64,000 nucleotides of DNA from Hypanus sabinus (lineage: Eukaryota). Positions 13,830 to 42,732 of this stretch are shown here, piece by piece. Every line of letters starts with the position of its first letter. Positions within the stretch are counted from its first letter, which is position 1. The stretch is from NCBI RefSeq assembly GCF_030144855.1, contig NC_082727.1, forward strand, positions 18,786,001 through 18,850,000, written 5' to 3'. The notes below the pieces were generated by a model. The model was not told the origin of the DNA, made no database searches, and worked only from the letters and a program-made list of their open reading frames with translations. The position numbers and the translations under genes were made by a program.

Positions 13830-16800
13830 CTTGAATCAGTACCTGTTCTCCTCACAAGATCAATTTGCTTGTGGGCATTCACAGTAAATATAAAGAACCA
13901 CAATAGAATCAATGAAAAACCACACACAAGACAACCAACCAACGTGCATAAGACACCAAACAGTGCAAACACAAGTAGCAAAAAAACCCCCCAAAATATT
14001 AATAAATAAACAATAAATACTGTTAATATGAGATGCAGAGTCCTTGAAAGTGAGTCCATAGGTCGTAGGAATAGTTGAGTGTTGGGATGAGTAAAGCTGA
14101 GTGAAGATCTCCCCCTGGTTCAAGAGCCTGATGGTTGAGAGGTAATAACTGTTGGTGTGGGTCCTGAGGCTCTTGAAGGCAGCTGGGAGAAGAGAGCATG
14201 GCCTGGATGGTGGGGGTCCTTGTGGATGGATGATGCTTTCCTCCAACAGCATCTTCTTATAAATTTGCTCAATGGTGGGGAGGACCATATCCACTACTTT
14301 TTGCAGGATTTCCATTCAAGGTCGTGAATAGACAATAGACAATAGGTGCAGAAGTAGACCGTTCGGCCCCTCGAGTCTGCACCGCCATTCTGAGATCATG
14401 GCTGATCATTCACTATCAATACCCAGTCCCAGGAATCAACCTAGTGAATCTGCACTTCCTCAATTGCCAGAATGTCCTTCCTTAAACCTGGAGACCAAAA
14501 CTGTACACAATATTCCAGGCGTGGTCTCACCAGGGCCCTGTACAAATGCAAAAGGACATCCTTGCTCTTGTACTCAATTCCCCTTGTAATAAAGGCCAAC
14601 ATTCCATTTGCCCTCTTCACTGCCTGTTGCACTTGCTCATTCACCTTCATTGACTGATGAACTGGGACTCCTAGGTCTCTTTGCATTTCTCCCTTACCTA
14701 ACTCTGCACCGTTCAGACAATACTCTGCCCTCTTGTTCCAGCTTCCAAAGTGGATAACTTCACATTTATTCACATTGAATGACATCTGCCAAGTATCTGC
14801 CCACTCCCCCAGCCTATCCAAGTCTCCCTGTATTCTCCTAACGTCCTCTTCGCATGTCACACTGCCACCCGTTTTAGTATCGTCAGCAAACTTGCTGATA
14901 TAGTTTTCAATGCCCTCATCTAAATCGTTGACATAAATTGTAAAGAGCTGTGGTCCCAATACAGAGCCCTGTGGTACCCCACTAGCCACCTCCAGCCAGT
15001 CCGAGAAACACCCATTCACTGCTACCCTTTGCTTTCTATCTGCCAACCAGTTTTCTATCCATGTTGAAACCCTGCCCCCAATGCCATGAGCTCTGATTTT
15101 ACTCACCAATCTCCTATGTGGCACCTTATCGAATGCCTTCTGAAAATCTAGGTACACAACATCCACTGGCTTACCCTCATCTAACATCCTTGTTACACCC
15201 TCAAAAAACTCCAACAGATTAGTCAAGCATGATTTGCCCTTGGTAAATCCATGCTGGCTCAGCCTAATCCTATTACTGCCATCAAGATGTGCCACTATTT
15301 CGTCCTTAATAATGGACTCAAGCATCTTCCCCACGACTGACGTTAGGCCAACAGGGCGATAGTTCTCTGTTTTCTCCTTCCCTCTCTTCTTGAAAAGTGG
15401 GATAACATTAGCCACTCTCCAATCTTCAGGAACTGATCCTGAATCTAAGGAACATTGGAAAATGATTACCAATGCATCCGCAATTTCCTGAGCCACCTCT
15501 TTTAGAACCCTCGGATGCAGACCATCTGGACCCGGGGATTTAATAGCCTTCAGTCCGACCAGTCTACTCATCACAGTTTCTTTCCTAATGTCAATCTGTC
15601 TCAATTCCTCTGATATCTTATGACCCTGGCCCATCCATACATCTGGGAGATTGCTTGTGTCCTCCCTGGTGAAGACAGATCTAAAGTACGCATTAAATTC
15701 TGTTGCCATTTCCCTGTTTCCCATAACAATTTCTCCCAATCCATTCCTCAAGGGGCCAACATTGTTCTTAACTATCTTCTTTCTCTTCACATAGCTAAAA
15801 AAGCTTTTGCTATCCCCTTTTATATTCCTGGCTAGACTGAGCTCATACCTGATTTTTTCTCTCCATATTGCTTTTTTAGTTAAGATCTGCTGTTCCTTAA
15901 AACTTTCCCAATCATCTGTATTCCCACTCATCTTAGCCCTGTCATACTTCTTTTTCTTTAATGCTATACAATCTCTGACTTCCTTTGTCAACCACTGTGG
16001 CCCCTTCCCCCTCTTTGAATCCTTCCTTCTCATTGGAATGAACTGCTTTTGCATCTTTTGTATTATCCCCAAGAATATCTGCCACTGCTGATCCACTGTC
16101 TTTCCTGCCAGGGCATCCGCCCATTTAAGAAACCGTTCAATATACTCTCCACGTCTACATAAGTCTGTCCACAGTTTTAGATGACGTACCGAGTCTTCGT
16201 AAACTTCCAAGAAAACAAAGGTGCTGCCTTGCCTTTTTTGTAATGGCACTTACACACTGGACCCAAGATAGATCCACTGAAATAATATCACTGAGGAATT
16301 TGAAGTTGCTGATTCCCCTGATGAGGACTGGCTCATGGACTTCCAGCTTCCGGCTCTTGTAGTCAATAATGTTCCTTGGTTTTGCTGGCTTTGAATGAGG
16401 GTTTGTTTTTGTGGCACCATTCAACCAGATTTTTATAAATCGCCCTATGCTGACTTGACACCACCTTTGATTCAGCTAGTGACAGTGGTGTAGTCAGCAA
16501 ACTTAAATGTGGCATTGGAGTTGTCTAGACACAACTATTGCTGGCAGAATTTCAGATGGTGACAAAATTGTATGCAGGTGCAAGGTAGATAAGCTGGCTG
16601 AGTGGTGTCACAGCAACAACCTTGCACAACGTCAGTAAGACCGAAGAATTGACTGTAGGCTTCAGAAAGGGTAAGAAGAGAGTTCTCATCGAGGGATCAG
16701 TAGTGGAAACAGTGAGCAATTTCAATTTCAAGTTCCTGGGTGTCAACTTTTCTTGAGGATTTGTCCTGGGCCCAGCATATCATTGCAGTCACAAAGAAGG

Positions 16801-17700
16801 CACGACAGCAGTTATATTTCATTAGGAGTTTGAGGAGGTTTGGTAAGTTAAAGACACTTGCAAATTTCTACAGATGTACCATGCCGAGCTTTCTAACTGG
16901 CCAATTCACCAGTGCGGGGGGCACTGCATAGGATCAAAAAAAAAGCTGCAGAAAGTTGTAAACTCACGTCAGCTCCATCGTGGGCACTCGCCTCAACAGC
17001 ATCTTCAAGAAGCGATGCCTTAAGAAGGTGAAGTCCATTGTTAAGGACATCCATCACCCTCTTCTCATTGCTACCATCAGTGAGGAGGTACAGGAGCCTA
17101 AAGACACATTCTCAACAATTCTGGAACAGCTTTATCCCCTCTGCCACCAGATTTCTGAATGGACATTGAACACTACCTTATTTCCCTTTTTCCTCTACTT
17201 ATTTAACTTTTTAAAGACATTTATTTTCTGTAATTTAGCTTTTAGTTATTCTGTATTGCTACTGCCTAACAACAAATTTCACGACGTATGCCAGTGATAT
17301 TATGGGAACTAAGCACAAAGCCAATGCGGTACACATGCACTGACGGTGATCGTGGAGAAAATGTTGCCAATTCAATCCGAATGGGGTCTGCAGGTGAGGA
17401 AATCGAGGATCCAGTTGCACAAGGAGGTATTGACGCCTAGGTTTTGAAGCTTATTGATTAGTTTTGAGGGGTTGATAGTATTGAATGCTGAGCTGGAGCA
17501 AATGAAGAGCAGCCTGACGTATGCGTCAGATGTTCCAGGTATCAATGAAGAGAAAATGAAATGCCAGCTGCTCAGGCAGGAGCTGACGTGTTTCATCACT
17601 AACCTCTCAAAGCACCTCATTACAGTGGATCCAAGTGCCACTGGACAACAGTCACTTGGGCAGGATACCATGTTTCTCTTGGGCACTGGTTTTGAATCTC
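13830..17700. mobile_element. Cluster of Rex1/Babar LINE fragments in alternating orientation (13830-14320 and 16135-16500 minus, split by the CR1; 16540-17300 plus; 17310-17700 minus)
   Basis: VDLSWVQCVSAITKKARQHLCFLGSLRRLG; EDLSWAQHIIAVTKKARQQLYFIRSLRRFG; YVRLLFICSSSAFNTINPSKLINKLQNLGVNTSLCNWILDFLT. Confidence 0.75.
14326..16125 (-). mobile_element. Young 5'-truncated CR1-clade LINE (RT domain open, internal 3' deletion) in POLL intron
   Basis: ORF 14441-16249 contains KSPGPDGLHPRVLKE, ENYRPVGLTSVVGK, YLDFQKAFDKVPH, GVPQGSVLGP and KFADD. 3'UTR and (CTATTGT)n tail at 14326-14425 match the copy at 27530-27622. 5' boundary approximate. Confidence 0.93.
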
Positions 17701-19149
17701 TCTTTGATTACTGCAGCGAAGGTTAAATATATCAGTGAACACTCCAGCCAGTTGATCAGCACAGGTCCCCAGTACTCAGCCAGGTACCCCGTCTGGCCTT
17801 TCTGTGAGTTCACCTTCTCTCAAGTTGGCCTGAAATCACAGGGCCGCCGGGGGCTGTAGGAGTTTTCATAGGTGCCTCCATGTTTTTCCGACAAGAAGGA
17901 GTTTTGAGCTGAGACCCTTTACCGTGACTCAGACTGAAATGTCAACTGGTTATTCCACTCTGCAGATGCTGCCTGACCTGTACAGTGCCTCCAGCATTTT
18001 GCCTGTGTTCCTCAAGATTTCCAGCATCTGCAGAATCTCTAGTGTTTATGAGTGTCATTTAGAAGCATGCCAAACAGTGCATTTAACCACAGTACTATTA
18101 CCACCTGACTAAAGATTGGCACAAGGAAGCTGCCCCGGCAGAGACACATTGCATCAAATCTGCTGTAAACTTTTCTTTGATAATTCATTTCTCATCAACT
18201 CCAGTGTGATGTGGTTTCAAGAAGCAGGTAAATACAAGTTTCTTAAATAGTTGGGGTGGTAGCCAGTATTAAGAGCTGAAGAGAAAGAGTAGTGCAGGAG
18301 CCAGAAAATGATGGGTGGATCAAGATGAGGAGAGGTGTTAGGCAGATGGAGGAGCGGAGATAATGATAGAGGCTGGGAGGGAAGTGGGAGATGAAAGATG
18401 ATTGGTGATGGGAAGCTATATTCCCTCTATCTTCACACAAGATGAAAGGTCACTGTCCATTTTCCCCTTCAGATGTGGCCTGAGTTCCTCCAGCATGTTG
18501 TGTGCTGCTCCAGATTCCAGCATCTTCAGTCTCTCACATCTCCATTGCCATAAACACCAGCACCTCCCCTTCCACGTAAATACCAAAATACTGAAACTCC
18601 AGGGAATGGACTTCATGAGTCAGAATTCATGGGATGATGACACAAGCAATCTGCTGTCTGGGAGGAAAGAAATTGTCAACATCTCCCGTCTGAGTTCCTC
18701 CAGCAGATGGTTCTCTCCTCCTAATTCCAGCGTCTTCTGCCTCCATGAGTTAAGAGTTCATGGGTCGGATTCCACGGGTCGTGTCCCATCATTAAGATTC
18801 CACACCCTGTAGCCCATGGGAAAGATTCCATTGGAGGCAGTTCAATGATTGGATTCCACGGGTCGAATCCCGGGTGTTAATGGAGTCTAGCAGGTGGATC
18901 GCTGGTGTCAGATCCAATGGCCGGGTCCAGTAGGTGTGGCGCCCAGGCTCGGATCCCAAAGCCCCAGTTTCCTGCCCAAACCCCAGCTGGTGACATTTTA
19001 AATTAAAATAACCAGCAGCGACGGCCCATTGGCAAAAAAAAACAGCCAGAGACGGGCGGATGTGGCCTGAATCTACCGGACAGTGAAATCAGTGACAGAA
19101 TTGATCAAACTCCGGGCTTGAGTCACCCAGGAGCCCCCTCCTCCTCTTA

Positions 19150-19453
19150 AATCCGCCCTCTCCTACCACCTCCCACCCTCCCTTCCCTCCCCGACCGACC
19201 TCACCTCACCGGAAATGCCCGGAACAGTGAAACCACTTCCGGCGAGGCCCGTCCCACCCTTCACTCACTCATTATATTTATAATTTAAATTTCCCCTCGC
19301 ACGCCAGAACCAAACCGCGCTGAGGACCAGGACACGGGGCGGGAGCGAACGGCTCCGCCATCGGTGTTTAAGGAAATCAGTGCAGGGGCGAGGTCAGGGG
19401 TCAGGGGTCAGCGCGGCGCCGTTGCTGTGGAGACGGAGCAGGTGTTGGGCGCG
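19150..19453. promoter_or_regulatory. Bidirectional POLL/DPCD promoter (CpG-rich)
   Basis: Head-to-head genes. ETS-type motifs CCGGAAAT (19209-19216), CCGGAAC (19219-19225) and CACTTCCGG (19234-19242, i.e. CCGGAAGTG on minus). GC boxes CCGCCC (~19153) and GGGGCGGG (19336-19343). Central AT-rich stretch 19271-19292. Confidence 0.7.
19210..19250 (-). other. POLL: Putative non-coding first exon of POLL (5' end approximate)
   Basis: Minus-strand donor TTTCCG|gtgagg at 19210/19209 inside the GC-rich promoter; minus-strand TATAAATA at 19282-19275 about 30 nt upstream. The acceptor at 13801 needs an upstream exon. No transcript evidence. Confidence 0.45.
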
Positions 19454-38322
<18,869 letters not shown>

Positions 38323-38922
38323 CCACAGCACTCACTGGCATTCTACCTCATGCACATCTCTTGTAGTTGGGCCTACTGTTCCAAATCCATTTTTCAGCAC
38401 TGTGTTAAAACATTCAATTAAGTTTCTAATGCAAAGCACCTTTGCACTGGATTGTAGAACATAGAACAGTATAGGCCTTCAGACAACATTTTACCCTACT
38501 CCACAGTCAATCTTGCCCTTCCCTCCTGTTTTACTTTCAGCCATGTGCCTAACTGAGTCTCGTACATATCCCTAATGTATGCGTTTTCATTCCTGGCAGG
38601 GTGTTCCACGATCCCGCCTATTAACCTACCTCTGACATCTGCCGCCACCCCCCCCCCATACTCAAATCACCATAAACGCGTACCCGCTCTCATCAGCCAT
38701 TTCTGATCTGTGATTAGTTGCGTCGATGTTGGATATGGCCACAGCATTCAGCTCCCAGGCCCTCAACCCACTCCACAATTTCAGTCAGTTGCTTGTTGGG
38801 TTACTCTGCCCAGCTCTATAACTGTTGTACAAATAAGTAATTAACTTTATCATACACATTCATGTGTGTTAGGAATTTGCTGCAGTGTGTTGTGCAACAA
38901 AAACAACATTCACGTTATATTG

Positions 38923-39283
38923 AATAAAAATAATTTAAAATATAAAGATTAAAGTACAGTAATGGAATAAAATCTTCATAAATACCAGCTTGTATTTCAC
39001 AATGTAAACAGCATTATAAAAAATGGTTTAGTGTTTATAGTGCAGTGATGTGGTAATAGATAGAATCATTGATAAATTTATTAATAGATTTACATTACAA
39101 CAGCTCCCTGTGAAGCACAGTGTTATGTTATTTCGAAATGCAAGGCTTTATTTATAAAAATGCTTGCAAACATCAGGACGTTGTTACAGCCCTTGACAGC
39201 TTCTGTACATATACAAATGCAGTTACGGAAGACATTTTGTGCAACATTTATTCACAGGTCATAAAATATTTATTGGAAATAAA
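38923..39283. terminator. Interleaved candidate polyadenylation signals of convergent DPCD (+) and FBXW4 (-)
   Basis: Plus-strand AATAAA at 38923, 38966 and 39278; minus-strand AATAAA (plus TTTATT) at 39077, 39147, 39247 and 39269, in an AT-rich block between the two stop codons. Which signals are used cannot be told from DNA. Confidence 0.55.
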
Positions 39284-39452
39284 GACCTCGTTCTCTTTAT
39301 ATTAAAAAAAAGCCACAAAAGGTGAATTTTAAAGGGACTGCTGAGCTAGATGGGTGAAGGCGTGGTTTCCGTCTCATCTGCCAAGTGTGCTGGATACCTG
39401 TTGACTTCAGAAGCTCCATTCCAGATATGTCTCACTTTATGCCAAGTGCCAT

Positions 39453-39587
39453 TTACTTTGAAAGCCATGAGTCCGCAGATGTAAAATCCAGTGTATAAAG
39501 TGCATGGGCTAAGGCAGCGTAGAGGTGCGAGGTAGTAAATCGCAGGCAGTACACAGGGCTGCTGCTAGGGCAAGACAGGAAGAACAT
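39453..39587 (-). CDS. FBXW4: FBXW4 last coding exon (135 nt including TAA)
   Basis: ccctccag|ATGTTC...AAGTAA; SSPVYCLRFTTSHLYAAL motif. Confidence 0.93.
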   Translation of the reverse strand: MFFLSCPSSSPVYCLRFTTSHLYAALAHALYTLDFTSADSWLSK

Positions 39588-42500
39588 CTGGAGGGGGTGG
39601 AAGAACAAATCAGTTAACTCACAAACTTAGCTTAATTGCTATTTATATACAGTTGCTATCAGGGCAGCAGAGGTCTGCCTGGACCCAGGAAATGCAAGGT
39701 GTCTTGATCTAACAAGTAATTATCCAGCCTCAATGTCCTGAGATTCTTCACAAGAGCAGAGTCTACTGAGTGAGGCGGTGGCACTGGGTCAGATCATGCT
39801 GGATCCTGTTCAGGATTCATGGCTCTTATGTCCTGTTCCCAGGGTGCCCAGACCCTGAGGGTGGATCTTGCTTTGTGAGGTCTTTGATGTGACCAAGTCC
39901 CAACCTGGGACACCACTGTGAAATCCAGAACTTTGTATCTGGTCAAAGCTGCAAGATGTTTAAATTAAAGAGTTAGTTAAAATGCAGACTTGCTCACAAA
40001 AAAAAACTTCACCTTTGCCTCCAAATCTGCAGGTTCAGAATCCTCATGGGGGTGGGATTCCCAGCATCACAGGGCCTGACGGAGACCAGTGATGTAGCGT
40101 AGCTACAGATGCACAGCCACCTGGCAGGAAGTCTCGGGCTTCCATCTTCCACGATGCATGTACATAAGATTCACTTAAATTTCAGTGGCTGAACTCTAGA
40201 GGTGAAATGATTATCATCCTGATAGGGAATTCACTGCCAGTTCTGTCATGTTACAACAGCACTAAGGTTAGGGTGCCGGAGAGAAATATTTGATAGTCTG
40301 ACACTTACAACCCGTTTTTAACCCATGGAACGGACTTGTGTGAAGAAATGCCTAAAGAAATGGAAATTCTATGCAAACACCTGTTTTTGTGCTGGGCTGA
40401 GCATTGCTGTGACACCACAGAGCAGGAACAGAAAGCCGAATACACTGAGAAACTCTCCATTGACCCGTCTGCCTGTGATAATTACATCAACTGTGTGTGC
40501 AGGGGTGGGGGGTGGTTTCTGTAGCTATGCTCATATCCATGATTCCAACCTCTCCCACCCTCGTTAATAGAGGCTACACCCTGAAGGGTCACCTTTCTGG
40601 ACTGAAAGCCCCTTTCTTGCTACAGCTTTCAAGGACAATGAATCGTATTCAGCAAGGCTAAAGGATTGATTGAGGGTAAGCTTTAAGAGAAGAAGGGTTC
40701 ATAAAAAGGATTCTGATGTTTTGACTTATTGGGGATCCAATGGCCTTAAAAATACTGTTACAAATGAATGTGAGAAAGGGTGCAAGAAAAGTTTGGAGAA
40801 TGGTAAGTCTGCAAATGGTTCCCATAAGAAGAAGCAGAGGCAACATTTACAGCAAAGCTGAGAAAACTGATAAGGGAGAAAGGAATGGGAGGTGATTGAA
40901 CAGCCTGAATGTCTCCAGTCTGGGTGTGCAAAGGATGTTTCCTCTGGCAGAATCTAGAACTAGGGTCACTGTAAAAGGTCAAACATTTGCTTAAGTTGGT
41001 CACGAGTCTCTGAAATTTTCTGAAGAAACAGAATATTTGTCAGGTACAGGAAGACATCCCTGATCAATGAGGGGGAAGAAAGAAATTCCTTGGCATTGAC
41101 ATAGAGGATCTGTCCTGGGACCAGCATGTAACTGTCATCCTAAGTCATGACAGCATCTTAGAAGTTTGCATAGATTCACATGTCACCTAAAATTTTGACA
41201 AATTTTAATAGACGGATGCACAGTGAGGAGCATCCTAACTGGCTGGGAACACCACTGCCCAGGAACAGAAAAGTCTCAAGAGTGGTGGATACAGCCCAGT
41301 CCATCCTAGGCAAAGCCCTTCCCATCATTGAGCACATTTACATGGTCATCCATCATCAAAGACCCCCACCCTCCAAACCATGACCTCGCTGTTACCATTG
41401 GGCAGGAGGTCTCACCTCATCAGACTCCTGAAATGGCATGGATAACTTCACTCACCTTAACTCTGAACTAATTTTACAACCTACAGACTCTACAATTCCT
41501 GTTCTCAGTACTTTGTCAATCCTTGTTTATGTGTAGTTTTTTGAAAGTTCTAGTTTGCTTTCTTTATCCCCCGTAAATGTTTGTGAGGAAATGAATCTCA
41601 ATGTGGTATATGGTTAACATATACATATTTGATAATAAATTTACTTTGAATTTTGAGAACTAAGGTTATAACTAACCATCACAGATCAGGCTTGTGGGCT
41701 AAGGGGAAATTTGTTCTTAACGATGTATGATTGGAAGGAGATTTGTGAAATGTGGAGTCACTTGCGCAGGAGAGGAGGCAAATGGCCTCTTTCTGTGCTG
41801 TATTTTCCACACTGCTGTGACCCATGAACACAACAGAGCCAGAGGAGACACTGGCTTACACAAGTGATGTGCATCACTCAGAAAGTAGCACGTTGGTTCA
41901 GCGAAAAGATGGGCCACAGAGTTCAACTTTGCTGTAGTCAGCAAGTGCAATTGCACGGACATGTAATGACTCTCTCGCCAGTGAAATGTTCCTCATGTTA
42001 CAGGACCAGCGGCAGCACAGTAAGCTCCCACACAAAATGGGGAGGCATAGTAGCATAATGCTATTAACAGCACCAACTGTAAGATTGGGGTTGATTCCTG
42101 TCATTCTCTGTAAGGACTTTGTACGCTCTCCCCATGACTGCATGGGTTTCCTGCTGCATCTCAAAAATGTAAGTTGTGGGCATGTTACACTGGTGCCAGA
42201 AGCACAGCAACACTTGCGGCTGTCCCCAACACAATCCTCACGAACAATGTATATGTGACAAGTAAAACTAATCTGTAATCTTTCTTTATGATACTGAGAG
42301 GGGGTAAGTTGAATGACCTCTTCCTTGGGAGAGTGAGGTGAATCGTCCTGTTCACTGAGTGAATTATGCATTTGCTTTAACGAGCAGTGCCTCTGGAGGT
42401 TGGGTGCTTTCCTTGGAGCACCATTCTGCTTTGTGCCTTTGTGTATCTACAATGTGATTGAACCCAAATTCTTCCCAGTTTGAGGCAGGACAGCAAAACC

Positions 42501-42732
42501 CATCCTAGCACCTTGGCATCACCAGAAGAGTGCTTCTGGTGAGGCAACGATGACTGGTATCCGCAGGGTGGGAGTGGTCACCCATCATACCTGGAGACTC
42601 TTTGACTGTCTCTTGTCCCAGAGACGGACAACGCCGTAGTGTGAGGAGCCGCTGGCAATCATGAAGTTTCCATCGGTCTGCAAGCAGTAGAGGGCACTAT
42701 CATGTGGCTCTTCCCATTCCATCACACAGCGC
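39453..42732 (-). CDS. FBXW4: F-box/WD repeat protein 4 (dactylin), 3' partial CDS: complement(join(39453..39587,42591..42732)); upstream exons lie beyond the right edge
   Basis: Two GT-AG exons splice in frame to RCVMEWEEPHDSALYCLQTDGNFMIASGSSHYGVVRLWDKRQSKSLQ|MFFLSCPSSSPVYCLRFTTSHLYAALAHALYTLDFTSADSWLSK*, the C-terminal WD40 repeats of FBXW4. Syntenic position next to DPCD. Confidence 0.95.
42591..42732 (-). CDS. FBXW4: FBXW4 penultimate coding exon (142 nt)
   Basis: tattccag|GCGCTG...CTCCAG|gtatga; CVMEWEEPHDSALYCLQTDGN...GVVRLWD. Confidence 0.95.

Noticed and set aside
14441-16249. 602-aa ORF as an intact or domesticated reverse transcriptase gene
   Set aside because: It is a 5'-truncated CR1 with no endonuclease domain. 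The first ~40 codons come by chance from the flanking Rex1 fragment, and the C-terminus is cut by deletions.
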